From NCBI GenBank assembly GCA_902566515.1, contig CACFIX010000006.1, positions 1-56,778 of the forward strand: DNA of 56,778 nt, in the 5' to 3' direction. The notes below the pieces were generated by a model. The model worked only from the letters and a program-made list of their open reading frames with translations. It ran no database searches and had not been told where the DNA came from. How positions within the stretch are numbered: position 1 is the stretch's first letter; each line of letters opens with the position of its first letter. A program made the translations under genes and the position numbers. The stretch is from an uncultured Candidatus Actinomarina sp. Lineage in GTDB: Bacteria > Actinomycetota > Acidimicrobiia > Actinomarinales > Actinomarinaceae. Below, piece after piece: positions 1 through 9,512 of the stretch.

Positions 1-1
1 C

Positions 2-517
2 AAAACCTAAATCCACTGAGAAGTCATATAACTCTTTACATGCAACTGGTTCATCACCATTTGCAACACTATAAACTATATTATTTTTATTTGCTTTATT
101 TGCTAAATACATCCCTATTGTGACATCTGTCTCTACATTCAACATGAGTATATGTTTTTGTGCTTCAATACAGGCATCAGCAACCTCCGCACCAACCCAA
201 GGCACTCCAGTTGCTTCGAATACAATATCTATTGGTAGTTCTGCAAGAGCAGATGCATTATCTACTACACCACCTTGACCACTTTCAATAGACTTTGACG
301 CCTCCTTGTTGTGTTTCACATACTCAACTCCAGCAAGATGTAATGCATTCTCAGCTCTTCCAATATCTATATCAGCGCAAGCAACAAGATTCATTCCTGG
401 TATTTTCCCAATCTGTGCAGCAAGACCAGAGCCCATTTGGCCAGCACCAGCTAACCCAACTCTTACTGGTCTGCCTAAATCTTTTTCACGAGCAATTAAT
501 AGTTCTGTATAATTCAA
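2..517 (-). CDS. NAD-dependent oxidoreductase, homoserine dehydrogenase-like/SAF-domain family (COG4091-like); 3' end runs off the window
   Basis: Not in the ORF track. Manual translation from TTG at 517 gives MNYTELLIAREKDLGRPVRVGLAGAGQMG...FEATG...LNVETDVTIG...GDEP, with a Rossmann GxGxxG. Start overlaps the srlB stop (TTGA). Confidence 0.75.
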   Translation of the reverse strand, partial: MNYTELLIAREKDLGRPVRVGLAGAGQMGSGLAAQIGKIPGMNLVACADIDIGRAENALHLAGVEYVKHNKEASKSIESGQGGVVDNASALAELPIDIVFEATGVPWVGAEVADACIEAQKHILMLNVETDVTIGMYLANKANKNNIVYSVANGDEPVACKELYDFSVDLGF

Positions 518-873
518 CTGTCTATCCTTAAATTATCCCCAATACTTATATTTGGTTTATTATCAAATGTGCACCTTACATCTCCAAGCTGTGCATCTTC
601 AGTCGAGGAGTCGAGTTTTAAAACTAGGTGACCCAAGTTTTTAAAGTTTTCATTGGCTACAGGCCCCACAGAGACAACTTCTAAATTAGAGTCTGAAAGA
701 CTTATTTTTGTTCCAACTACAATCTCACCAGAAATTTGCTCTAGTTTATGTATTACCGCAAAATCTTGGAGTTCTTCTGGAGCATTGTCACCAAAAAAAA
801 CTACAATTCCTTCATCTAAAAATAAATTAGCTTGTTCGCCTATTCTTACTATTTCTGAAGAATAAATTTGCAT
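514..873 (-). CDS. srlB: PTS glucitol/sorbitol-family IIA component
   Basis: FGDNAPEELQDF and ANENFKNLGHLVL motifs of EIIA-Gut; operon context. Confidence 0.9.
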   Translation of the reverse strand: MQIYSSEIVRIGEQANLFLDEGIVVFFGDNAPEELQDFAVIHKLEQISGEIVVGTKISLSDSNLEVVSVGPVANENFKNLGHLVLKLDSSTEDAQLGDVRCTFDNKPNISIGDNLRIDS

Positions 874-1250
874 TAAGCTTCAGTAACTTGATCCTCAGAA
901 ACTCCAGAAACAAAGTTCTCTTCTTTAATAAATTGGGCGAGTGGGCCTGCTGGTGTAGTGTCATGAATATCAATGGTTGGTACGCCCTTCATAGGATATA
1001 CACCGATTCTTGCAGTACCTCCACAATCAATTACTGCACAAGCCATCGCTTTAAAGCTTCCCTCTGGTGATGATTTAAAACCATCAAAGGCTTCTGCCCC
1101 AGTTAAATCAGCAATTTTTTGAGCAACTGGATGAATTCCTCCACCAGTAACACAAACAATGTATTTTTTTTCATCAGTTGGTTGTATTTCTAAAGGGCCT
1201 CCCCAACCACTTGGCCCTGCTTCTACTTTTACTTTTTTATAATCTGCCAT
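873..1250 (-). CDS. PTS glucitol/sorbitol IIB domain as a stand-alone gene (N-terminal half of SrlE)
   Basis: GWGGPL, VTGGGIHPVA and IDCGGTARIGVYP motifs; own RBS (AGGAG). Confidence 0.9.
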   Translation of the reverse strand: MADYKKVKVEAGPSGWGGPLEIQPTDEKKYIVCVTGGGIHPVAQKIADLTGAEAFDGFKSSPEGSFKAMACAVIDCGGTARIGVYPMKGVPTIDIHDTTPAGPLAQFIKEENFVSGVSEDQVTEA

Positions 1251-1269
1251 AGTTTCTCCTTTAAAAATA

Positions 1270-1301
1270 TGTAACGCTCTGATTTTAGTCAGAGCGTTAC
1301 A
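1270..1301 (-). terminator. 13-bp perfect hairpin inside the PTS operon (attenuating terminator or mRNA stabiliser)
   Basis: TGTAACGCTCTGA-6 nt-TCAGAGCGTTACA, followed on the minus strand by TATTTTT. Confidence 0.6.
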
Positions 1302-1327
1302 AATTTAAAAATTGTTATGTTATGTCT

Positions 1328-1852
1328 TTACAAACCTAGTGCAAATAAATAACCAACAACGACTGAGATTGGTCCAGTAATCATTCTGCTTGTTAGAACT
1401 GCTGGAACACCAACCGTAACTGTCTCAGGTTCTGCTTCACCAAGAGCCAGACCAACTGGTACGAAATCACAACCAACCTGTGGGTTAATTGCAAATAAAG
1501 CTGGAAGCGCCATTGAAACATCAATGTTTCCACGTCCAATTTCAGTACCAATCAATACACCAACGATCTGAGCAATTACTGCACCAGGTCCTAGTAGTGG
1601 TGATAAAACAGGTATTGCGCATATGATACAAACTATCATTAATCCGCCTAAACTGCTTGCAAAACCTTTAATACCATTTGCAATAGCGTCACCAACACCG
1701 GTTTCTAAAATTAAACCAATGACAAAAGTAACGAATGCCATAAATGGAATTATTGTTTTTAAACATAGGTCAACAGCATCTCGACCTGCTTGGAACAATG
1801 TTCCAACCACGCCACCAACTGATCGACCAATTCTCTCTATTAAAGCTTGCAT
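1328..1852 (-). CDS. PTS glucitol/sorbitol membrane domain (C-terminal half of SrlE) as a stand-alone gene
   Basis: LSPLLGPGAVIAQ, ALPALFAINPQVGCDFVPVGL and EAEPETV motifs of the EIIBC-Gut C-terminus. Confidence 0.9.
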   Translation of the reverse strand: MQALIERIGRSVGGVVGTLFQAGRDAVDLCLKTIIPFMAFVTFVIGLILETGVGDAIANGIKGFASSLGGLMIVCIICAIPVLSPLLGPGAVIAQIVGVLIGTEIGRGNIDVSMALPALFAINPQVGCDFVPVGLALGEAEPETVTVGVPAVLTSRMITGPISVVVGYLFALGL

Positions 1853-2394
1853 TATTCAACACCTGCCCTTCTTGACGTCATAATGTTATAGATAATATCA
1901 GTTACGATACCTCTAATTAATATGACTACAAGGCCAGCAAGAAGATATCTAACTGCCAGAGCAGTTACCATATCTGGTGCAACTATTTCTACACCTGCTG
2001 CAATCCCTAACCATACAAATAACTCTCCACCATTCGCATGTGGAAAAATTCCTGTAATGGGATGAACAAAGCTTACTGCTGAATCATAAAATGCCGGTTT
2101 ATGTTTTTCAGGCAAAAAGGTACCGAATGTATAGCAAACTGGATTAGTAAGCATAAATACAGCTACAAACGGTAAAAGAGTATAACGAACAGGCATGTAA
2201 AGTGCCCCTTCTTGAGAAGCCCATTTTGCAAAGCCCTCAACTCTTTCCTCACCAATGAACTTGACTAAAGCATTAACCGCAGTCAAGAACACAACCACAA
2301 TTGGAATAATTCCAGTTGTGAAACCAACAAATACATCAGCAGCGGTTCTAAATACTTGGATAAAGGCTTCTGCGCCTGCTACCAAAGCATCCAT
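1852..2394 (-). CDS. srlA: PTS glucitol/sorbitol IIC component
   Basis: FLPEKHKPAFYDSA, HPITGIFPHAN and ELFVWLGIA motifs. Confidence 0.92.
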   Translation of the reverse strand: MDALVAGAEAFIQVFRTAADVFVGFTTGIIPIVVVFLTAVNALVKFIGEERVEGFAKWASQEGALYMPVRYTLLPFVAVFMLTNPVCYTFGTFLPEKHKPAFYDSAVSFVHPITGIFPHANGGELFVWLGIAAGVEIVAPDMVTALAVRYLLAGLVVILIRGIVTDIIYNIMTSRRAGVE

Positions 2395-2412
2395 ATCTCC
2401 CCCTCCTTATAA

Positions 2413-2826
2413 TTAATTTGTCGAATTACTATCCGCTTTACTTTGAACTTTTTTTATCAAAGTGTCAGCTGCCATTTTGGCTGCTTCCCAGATAGGTTCT
2501 TTATTTTCTGAATTAGCAATTTCATTTAATGTTTTACCATTAAATAACGAAACTTGTTTACTTTTTGCAAAAGTAGTTACCCCCTCTAGAGTAAGACCGT
2601 TAACAATGGTTGAATTTACATCAACAGAAATTGCTAGATAGATTTTTTTTCTCCCCCATTTAGGTTGATTTACACCTATTGCAACTTCCAAACCAGGTCC
2701 TTTTATGCTGTTTACAGCATTTAAGAAACCAGTAGCTTGTTTTTTAGCAAGATGCATCTGTAAAACCCACATTAATGCAAGCGTCACAAATATAACACCA
2801 AGAGTATAAGGTGAACTAGATAACAA
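2413..2826 (-). CDS. srlM: GutM/SrlM-family glucitol operon activator
   Basis: N-terminal TM helix followed by Q..Q, then V.IG and a G.T.FA motif; lies directly upstream of srlA. Confidence 0.7.
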   Translation of the reverse strand: MLSSSPYTLGVIFVTLALMWVLQMHLAKKQATGFLNAVNSIKGPGLEVAIGVNQPKWGRKKIYLAISVDVNSTIVNGLTLEGVTTFAKSKQVSLFNGKTLNEIANSENKEPIWEAAKMAADTLIKKVQSKADSNSTN

Positions 2827-2955
2827 ATTCCATCCTTCAACTTAAATAGTTACCCTAATTCTACATAAATGATTCTTCGAATTTTGGTAAAAACCTGAAA
2901 TCTTAAAAAAAATGTAACCATTTTTGATTAAGAAAGGCCTATTTTTGTGGTTTTT

Positions 2956-3636
2956 TTAAATCATTTCCTCAAGTTTAAAGATATCTTCTATAAAAGTTAC
3001 CTTCATGTTTCTTGGATCACCAGGAATTACTACCGCTTCAAGCTCAGAATATTTTGATACACATTCTGTTGTGTCTACTGCTTGCCATTTATCTAATTTT
3101 GCTAATTCATAGGATTTCCAAAGTTCTGAAGCTGGAAATATCTGAGGAGTTTGTATCTCTACAATTGTTTCTTGAATTTCTTCTTTGTTGAATTCCTGTT
3201 TTTTCATAAGATTATCTGAGTTGTATCCAGGAGCCGAGGCTCCATATTTTTTTGCAACATCAATAAGCTCGTCTAACAAATAACTAGGTAACAAAGGTCT
3301 TGCACCATCGTGAATTAATATTAGGTCTTCTTCATTTATGTCTGGTCTCTCTTTTAGATAAAGAAGTCCTTGATATTCACTTTCATGTCTGGTGTTACCG
3401 CCAATTGTTACACCAGATAATTTTTTGGGGTTAACTAGCTGAATTACATTATTTGTTTTTTCCCAGTCTTCATCCCTTACAACTAATATTATTGAGTCAA
3501 CTTTATCAGATTTATCTAAGGTCTCTAGTGGCCAAGAAAGTGCTGGCTTTCCACCAATTGGAAAGTACACTTTGTTTTCTTCATTATTAAATCTGTCGCT
3601 AGAGCCACCAGCTAATAGAATAGAATGTACTTTCAA
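2956..3636 (-). CDS. ispD: IspD/TarI-family polyol-phosphate cytidylyltransferase
   Basis: LAGG..R...K, GGNTRHES, IHDGARP, IQTPQ and NMKVT motifs. Confidence 0.8.
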   Translation of the reverse strand: MKVHSILLAGGSSDRFNNEENKVYFPIGGKPALSWPLETLDKSDKVDSIILVVRDEDWEKTNNVIQLVNPKKLSGVTIGGNTRHESEYQGLLYLKERPDINEEDLILIHDGARPLLPSYLLDELIDVAKKYGASAPGYNSDNLMKKQEFNKEEIQETIVEIQTPQIFPASELWKSYELAKLDKWQAVDTTECVSKYSELEAVVIPGDPRNMKVTFIEDIFKLEEMI

Positions 3637-5264
3637 TTTAAAATTTCTTGAATAATCGTTCTAACTTCTTCAGCATTATCTTGTTGTAAAATCTGTTCTT
3701 TTATCTTTTGTTTGTTAATTTTTGAGTGTGTATCTAAAACATCAAATATAAAAGGAGATGCTGAAGGTGCCATGCTAAATATCTTTAAACCTAAAATGTA
3801 TAAAACGAATGCTGAGACGGGATCTGATGACATTTCACCACATACTGAAACCTCTGTATTATTTGTATTACAGCAGTCAATTACATTAGAAATTGCCCTA
3901 AGTACCGCTGGATGAAGTGGGTCTTGGTACGGGCTTAGATTATTGTTACCACGGTCTGCAGCCATGATGTACTGCGTCAAATCATTAGTGCCGATAGATA
4001 TGAAATCCACAATTTCTGAAAACTTATCAGCAATTAAAGCTGACGAGGGTGTCTCTACCATGATGCCCAATGGCGGAACTTCAACACTTAAGTTATTCGC
4101 TATTTTAACAACAAATTCTTTGGCTTTTATAAAATCTTCTAGAGTAGAAATCATTGGAAACATGATTTTTACTCTTCCTAATGATTCAGCATTTAAAATT
4201 GATTTTATTTGTGAATCAAATAGTTCAGTATCATCCAACAATAATCTAATTCCTCTAATACCAAGAAATGGATTTTCTTCTGATGGTAAATTCAGATAAT
4301 CTACTTGTTTGTCACCTCCAATATCAAGAGTTCTATAAACAATTGTTCCTTTGAATTTTTGAGTTATTTGTTCTAGAACCCTTGTTTGTTCCTCAAGTGT
4401 TGGAATGGTTGTATTATCTAAATATATAAACTCGGACCTAAATAAGCCAATAGAGTCTAAAAAGGGATGATTAAATGTAGTAATCTCCTCTAATGAGCCA
4501 ATATTAACTCTGAATTCTACTCCTAATGCTTCGTACTTTTTTTTAGTAAAATTTTCAATCAACTTTGAAATATTTCCTTGTTTTTCTTTTAATTCAGATA
4601 TCTGTTTCTCGCTTGGAGAAATAACAATATTTCCTGTATCGCCATCAACTGTCATTAACTCACCATCAACAATATCATCGAGCAAACTTTTGACGCCAAT
4701 TACGCAAGGGATGCCCAAATTTTTTGCAACAATAACAGCATGTGAAGTAAACCCTCCTTCTTTTAATATAATTCCATTCACTTTACTTAAATCCATTGAT
4801 GATGTATCTGCTGGTGTTAAGTCCTTAGCAATTAAAATAGTATTTTCGTTTAAGGTAATTTCTCTTTCAATGTTTTGCATATTAAAAACAAGATGTTTTC
4901 CTACAGAAAGAATATCTTCAGCTCGTTGCTTAAAATAAACATCTTCTGTTGACTCAAATAAGCTTGCAGTGGATGTAAAAATACTATAAACCTCTTTAAC
5001 TGAGAAATCTAAATCTTGATTTAGTTGGTCCACTATTCCAGGATCTTGAAGTATCAATATATATGCATCTAAAATATCAGCTTCATCATTTCTTTCTTCT
5101 GATCGGAAATCAACGATTTGAGAACTGAATTTATCAATCAGTTGCTTGCTAGCCTCAACATGAGTAAGGATTGCTTTTTTATCAAAATCTATCTCATTTT
5201 CATAAACAAATGATGAACCTATTGCAACGCCCAATGAAGCACCTAATCCCTTAACACTTGTCAT
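3633..5264 (-). CDS. ptsI: Phosphoenolpyruvate-protein phosphotransferase (PTS enzyme I)
   Basis: GGFTSHAVI phospho-His site, GLFRSEF, RTLDIGGDK, ENPFLGIRGIR, SIGTNDLTQY, VCGEM. Confidence 0.95.
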   Translation of the reverse strand: MTSVKGLGASLGVAIGSSFVYENEIDFDKKAILTHVEASKQLIDKFSSQIVDFRSEERNDEADILDAYILILQDPGIVDQLNQDLDFSVKEVYSIFTSTASLFESTEDVYFKQRAEDILSVGKHLVFNMQNIEREITLNENTILIAKDLTPADTSSMDLSKVNGIILKEGGFTSHAVIVAKNLGIPCVIGVKSLLDDIVDGELMTVDGDTGNIVISPSEKQISELKEKQGNISKLIENFTKKKYEALGVEFRVNIGSLEEITTFNHPFLDSIGLFRSEFIYLDNTTIPTLEEQTRVLEQITQKFKGTIVYRTLDIGGDKQVDYLNLPSEENPFLGIRGIRLLLDDTELFDSQIKSILNAESLGRVKIMFPMISTLEDFIKAKEFVVKIANNLSVEVPPLGIMVETPSSALIADKFSEIVDFISIGTNDLTQYIMAADRGNNNLSPYQDPLHPAVLRAISNVIDCCNTNNTEVSVCGEMSSDPVSAFVLYILGLKIFSMAPSASPFIFDVLDTHSKINKQKIKEQILQQDNAEEVRTIIQEILN

Positions 5265-5339
5265 ATTTACATCAAACCTTATTTAAAAATTTACTTTTAT
5301 AATTTCTTATTACTCAAAAATATTATTACTTTAACTTAT

Positions 5340-5798
5340 ATGCAAATTTTAGTGCTTGACATCAATACTTCTATTACTTTGTTTAATTTAAGTGATAAAG
5401 GTGGATTACTTAATTTTGAAAATTTAGGAGAAATACAAGATTTAAATCAATTAAACTATAATGACAACACAAATTGCTTGATTATAGATTCAACAGCACC
5501 TGAAGAGCCAAAGCTTTCTATGTTACTTACAAATTTTATTGATTCAGAATACAAAATAACTACCAATAATGTAACTAATGCTATTAAGAAAATAAACACG
5601 GATGGTCAAATAATTGAGCACCTTGATCGTGAAGAATATACAAGGTTGTCAACTCCATCAAAGGCAACCATCGGAATGGTTAAGTCATACTTTAATAAGT
5701 ACGCATCTTGGAGCTTTAACAAATTTATAGCTTTACATAGTTCTTACTATGACCAGTACCAAACTCTAGAGCCTGAAGTCTATTTAGAATCTAAATAA
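5340..5798 (+). CDS. Hypothetical protein
   Basis: 152-aa ORF filling the gap; no recognised motif. Confidence 0.6.
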   Translation: MQILVLDINTSITLFNLSDKGGLLNFENLGEIQDLNQLNYNDNTNCLIIDSTAPEEPKLSMLLTNFIDSEYKITTNNVTNAIKKINTDGQIIEHLDREEYTRLSTPSKATIGMVKSYFNKYASWSFNKFIALHSSYYDQYQTLEPEVYLESK

Positions 5799-6610
5799 AC
5801 TTGAGTTACTCCAGCAATAATAACTAATCCGAAACCAAAATATTGAAAACCCTTTATTGTTTCATTTAAAATCAAAGCTCCTATAACTACTCCGGTTACA
5901 GGCTCTAAATAAGTTATTGTTCCAATTGCTAATGGTGTAACAATTTTTACAACATACCAATAAGTGGCTAAACCTACTCCTGTCAGAAAGAAACCTAAGA
6001 ATAAACTTACTAATAAATTATCAAGCATCCAATCGAATCCCGAAGCTGTAAATGGAGATAAACAAATAGCAGCAAAAATTACCTGTATAAATGCAACATT
6101 CAAGCCACCGTATTCTTTTGACTTTTCAGACCCGTAGGTTATTAAAAGCGCAAGTGTTATTGCACTTATGATTCCATAAACAACACCAATTGGTGAGGCA
6201 ATAGTTGTTATATCTAGAAGAAAAAACAAACCCAAAAATCCAGATAAAATAATTAAGACTTGATATTTTGCAACCTTTTGACCTCTTAACATTTCGATGA
6301 ATATTACAAAAATTGGATAAGAAAATACTAGCCCAATACCGACTGCAACACTATTCAGCTCAATAGACTTGAACATAGTTGACCAGTGAATTGCTAATAA
6401 GGGCCCCAATACAAATCCAGAATTAACTAATTTTTTTGTTATACCTCTTTTCTTAAGAACAAATATTAGTAAAAAAATTGATCCTAAAAATGTTCTTATA
6501 CCTACAAGCGATAATGGGCTTATATTTGATGTTCTAATAATTAATGGAATTGTGCCCCAAGAAATAGCTAAAAAACTTATTAAAAAATAGGCTCTAAGTT
6601 TGAGGTTCAA
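5780..6610 (-). CDS. DMT/EamA-family transporter
   Basis: About 10 TM helices in two EamA repeats; WG near the N-terminus; YLEPV motif. Confidence 0.88.
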   Translation of the reverse strand: MNLKLRAYFLISFLAISWGTIPLIIRTSNISPLSLVGIRTFLGSIFLLIFVLKKRGITKKLVNSGFVLGPLLAIHWSTMFKSIELNSVAVGIGLVFSYPIFVIFIEMLRGQKVAKYQVLIILSGFLGLFFLLDITTIASPIGVVYGIISAITLALLITYGSEKSKEYGGLNVAFIQVIFAAICLSPFTASGFDWMLDNLLVSLFLGFFLTGVGLATYWYVVKIVTPLAIGTITYLEPVTGVVIGALILNETIKGFQYFGFGLVIIAGVTQVYLDSK

Positions 6611-6612
6611 AC

Positions 6613-7974
6613 TTACTGCTGTTCTTGTTTTGAGTAATTGCTAAATTGTGTAAATTCTTTACTGAAGAAAAGCTCTACTTTGCCAGTCTGTCCAGACCTA
6701 TTCTTAACAATATTGACTTCAGCGACACCTGGTATTTCAGTACCAGGATTGTAATAATCATCTCTATAGAGCATCATAACAATATCTGCATCTTGCTCTA
6801 TTGCGCCTGATTCACGTAAGTCTCCCAACCTTGGTCTTTTGTCTTCTCTTGCTTCCGCTGCTCTATTTAACTGTGAAAGAGCTAGTATTGGAACTCGTAA
6901 TTCACGCGCTAAGTTTTTCAAATTTCTGCTGATTTCAGCAATTTCTTGTTGCCTATTATCTCCAGAAGAACTTTGCATGAGCTGAAGATAGTCAACAACA
7001 ATTAAATCTAAGCCTTTTGATGATTTGAGTCTTCTTGACTTAGCCCTAATATCAGTAACTGTGATTACTGGAGCATCGTCAAAATACAGGGGAAGACTGT
7101 TGACTTTTGATGCAGCTTCTACAACTCTTGACCATTTTTCTGGTCCCAGCTGTCCTTTTCTTGCATCTCCTGAAGTAACTTTTGCTTCAGAAAATAAAAC
7201 CCTTTGTACCAGTTCTTCTTTTGTCATTTCAAGAGAAAAAAATGCGACAACCTTACCTTCTTTTGAGACATTTGTACCAATATTTAATCCGAGTGAAGAT
7301 TTACCCATGCTGGGTCTAGATGCAAGAACTATTAGATTACCTTCTTGAAGCCCAGATAGGTAATAATCAAGATCGGAGAAATAAGTAGGAAGACCCGACA
7401 AGCCAGTACCACGATTTTCGATCTCTTCAATTCTTTCAATTGCACCCTCAAGAACATCATTAACTCCTACTAATCCATCTCCAATAGCATCATCAGACGC
7501 AGTAAAAATAGTTTGCTCAGCTTCATCAAGAACGCTGTGAATTTCCTTGTCCATAGCCATTGCAAGAAGCTCAATTCTTCCACTGGCTTTTAATAATTTC
7601 CTTCTATGAGAGTGTTCTAGAACTATTTCAATATATCTCTCAAAATTTGCTGAACTTGGAACATTATCTACTAAACGGACAATGTATGAGGCATTTATTG
7701 ATTTAGAGTTTTTTGAATCTTTAAATATTAACTCTGAAACCGTAACTGTATCAATAGGTTTTCCTGTATCAAACAAACCTTTCATAGCTTCATAAACTGT
7801 TTGGTTTGAAGGACTATAAAAGTCAGCTGGTCTTACTTCTTCCATTAATCTGGAGACAGCATCTCTAGATAGCAAAGCACTTCCTAAAAGTGCCTCTTCA
7901 GCTTCAAGGCTATGTGGTGGAACTTTGCCTAAAGACTGACTGTCTCTTGATGAAAGTGCTTCAGGTCCAGCCAT
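6613..7974 (-). CDS. dnaB: Replicative DNA helicase
   Basis: PPHSLEAE, Walker A ASRPSMGKS, FSLEM, VDYLQL, LSQLNR, DLRESGAIEQDAD; no intein. Confidence 0.98.
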   Translation of the reverse strand: MAGPEALSSRDSQSLGKVPPHSLEAEEALLGSALLSRDAVSRLMEEVRPADFYSPSNQTVYEAMKGLFDTGKPIDTVTVSELIFKDSKNSKSINASYIVRLVDNVPSSANFERYIEIVLEHSHRRKLLKASGRIELLAMAMDKEIHSVLDEAEQTIFTASDDAIGDGLVGVNDVLEGAIERIEEIENRGTGLSGLPTYFSDLDYYLSGLQEGNLIVLASRPSMGKSSLGLNIGTNVSKEGKVVAFFSLEMTKEELVQRVLFSEAKVTSGDARKGQLGPEKWSRVVEAASKVNSLPLYFDDAPVITVTDIRAKSRRLKSSKGLDLIVVDYLQLMQSSSGDNRQQEIAEISRNLKNLARELRVPILALSQLNRAAEAREDKRPRLGDLRESGAIEQDADIVMMLYRDDYYNPGTEIPGVAEVNIVKNRSGQTGKVELFFSKEFTQFSNYSKQEQQ

Positions 7975-8426
7975 TATTTTGTTTCAGGTATTACTTCTAA
8001 AGTTGTTTCAAATTTTGTATCTGGACCTAATACAACTGAAATTGTATGTAGCCCTATTTCTTTAACTTGATTTACCATATAAATTTGCTCAGCTTCTAAT
8101 CTAAATCCAGAAAAAGTTTCTATAGCATCAACAATTTGTTCATTGCTAACTGCTGCATAAAGAGTTCCTTCATCTGTTGTAGTTTGAGATATTACAATGT
8201 TTGCATCGGCAAGCGCGGTTTTAATTGATTCAGCTAATTGATCATTAGCTTGTGTTTGCATTTCCCTTTTTTCTTGTAGTTTCTCTGCAAATTTTAGATT
8301 GCTTGTAGTAGCAACAATAGCAAGTTTTTTGGGTAGAAGATAGTTTCTAGCGTATCCTTTAGCTACATCAACCACATCCCCTTTCCTTCCGAGGGACTTC
8401 ACATCAGAGTTAAGAATGAGTTTCAT
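7974..8426 (-). CDS. rplI: 50S ribosomal protein L9
   Basis: [21 protein letters not shown]. Confidence 0.97.
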   Translation of the reverse strand: MKLILNSDVKSLGRKGDVVDVAKGYARNYLLPKKLAIVATTSNLKFAEKLQEKREMQTQANDQLAESIKTALADANIVISQTTTDEGTLYAAVSNEQIVDAIETFSGFRLEAEQIYMVNQVKEIGLHTISVVLGPDTKFETTLEVIPETK

Positions 8427-8704
8427 CTTCTGTTGTAACTTTGCTTATATGAACTTGTAGTTACATAAGGTAGTAAGGCTAGTTCTCTGGCAACTTTGAT
8501 TAGACGTGCTACTTTTGCTTGTTCTTGCTTTGTAATTCCTGTAATTAAACTAGATCTAATCTTCCCTCTATCAGAAACAAATTTCTCTAACAACTTAACG
8601 TCTTTGTAAGTAGCATTTTCTATTTGTTGTTTTGTAATTCTTCTTTGTTTAGGAGCTTCATATTTTGAAGACCTTCTTCCACTAGTTTTTTTTCCATTTG
8701 CCAT
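8423..8704 (-). CDS. rpsR: 30S ribosomal protein S18 (Cys-free form)
   Basis: [17 protein letters not shown]...ARELALLPY; operon position. Confidence 0.95.
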   Translation of the reverse strand: MANGKKTSGRRSSKYEAPKQRRITKQQIENATYKDVKLLEKFVSDRGKIRSSLITGITKQEQAKVARLIKVARELALLPYVTTSSYKQSYNRR

Positions 8705-8715
8705 AATAAATCTCC

Positions 8716-9141
8716 TTAAAACGGTGGTGCGTCTTCTTCAAAATTTTCTCTGGCTACTGGTTCTGAATTAAACTCTTGTCGGTTAACTGAAGCTGAAGCA
8801 AACCTTAAGCTAGGAGATATTTCATCTATAACTATTTGAACTTTTGAACGATTATTTCCTTCTTGATCTTGCCAAGAGGAATAATTAAGCTTTCCAACAA
8901 TTACAACTCTCATACCCTTTGTTATCGTTACATTTGCATTATCAGCTAAGTCTCCAAAGGCAACACCACTAAAATATTGTGGATCATCCTCAACATTTTC
9001 CCATTGATTTGTATCACGATTAAATTTTCGTTTTTTTGGACCTGCGAAGTTAACTTCTAAAACAGACATTCCTGTTCCTGTTTTTCTTAATTCTGGATCC
9101 ATTGTTACGGTTCCAACAATTGTTATTGCGTTATCTGCCAT
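8716..9141 (-). CDS. ssb: Single-stranded DNA-binding protein
   Basis: [20 protein letters not shown] and acidic PPF C-terminus. Confidence 0.95.
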   Translation of the reverse strand: MADNAITIVGTVTMDPELRKTGTGMSVLEVNFAGPKKRKFNRDTNQWENVEDDPQYFSGVAFGDLADNANVTITKGMRVVIVGKLNYSSWQDQEGNNRSKVQIVIDEISPSLRFASASVNRQEFNSEPVARENFEEDAPPF

Positions 9142-9153
9142 TTTTATCTACCT

Positions 9154-9441
9154 TTAGCTTTCCATCTTTAAGACTTTGTGTCTAATCACATCATCAGATA
9201 TTTTTAGCACTCTATCAAGTTCTGAGGGAACATTTGAAGGGCTTTCAAAACTTGTTATTGTATATATTCCCTCTTTGAATGTGTCTATTTCGTAAGCGAG
9301 CTTTCTTCTCTGCCAAACGCCTTGTTCTGACACATTTCCACCACCATTAGAAACAACTTCTGAAATGGATTTGTGAATTGAATCAACGGTTGATTCGTCT
9401 GCTGTAGGTCTCACTATCGAGACTAAGTCGTATTTATTCAT
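9154..9441 (-). CDS. rpsF: 30S ribosomal protein S6
   Basis: RRKLAYEI...EGIY and VIRH motifs; first gene of rpsF-ssb-rpsR-rplI. Confidence 0.95.
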   Translation of the reverse strand: MNKYDLVSIVRPTADESTVDSIHKSISEVVSNGGGNVSEQGVWQRRKLAYEIDTFKEGIYTITSFESPSNVPSELDRVLKISDDVIRHKVLKMES

Positions 9442-9445
9442 TTTT

Positions 9446-9486
9446 CTCCTATGGACACTTGTACGTGGCTTCTTTTGAAGCAGGTA
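9446..9486 (-). promoter_or_regulatory. Probable S6:S18 ribosomal protein leader RNA
   Basis: Minus strand ACCT-GCTTC(AAAA)GAAGC-CAC...GTG-TCC-AT-AGGAG. CCT can pair with the SD, with an inner hairpin and unpaired CC next to the SD, directly upstream of rpsF. Confidence 0.55.
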
Positions 9487-9512
9487 CTAATTAATTTAAT
9501 ACTAAATATGTA

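Noticed and set aside
295-865. Plus-strand ORFs 295..531, 306..512 and 653..865
   Set aside because: Antisense shadows of the minus-strand oxidoreductase and srlB. The same applies to most short ORFs nested in longer genes across the window.
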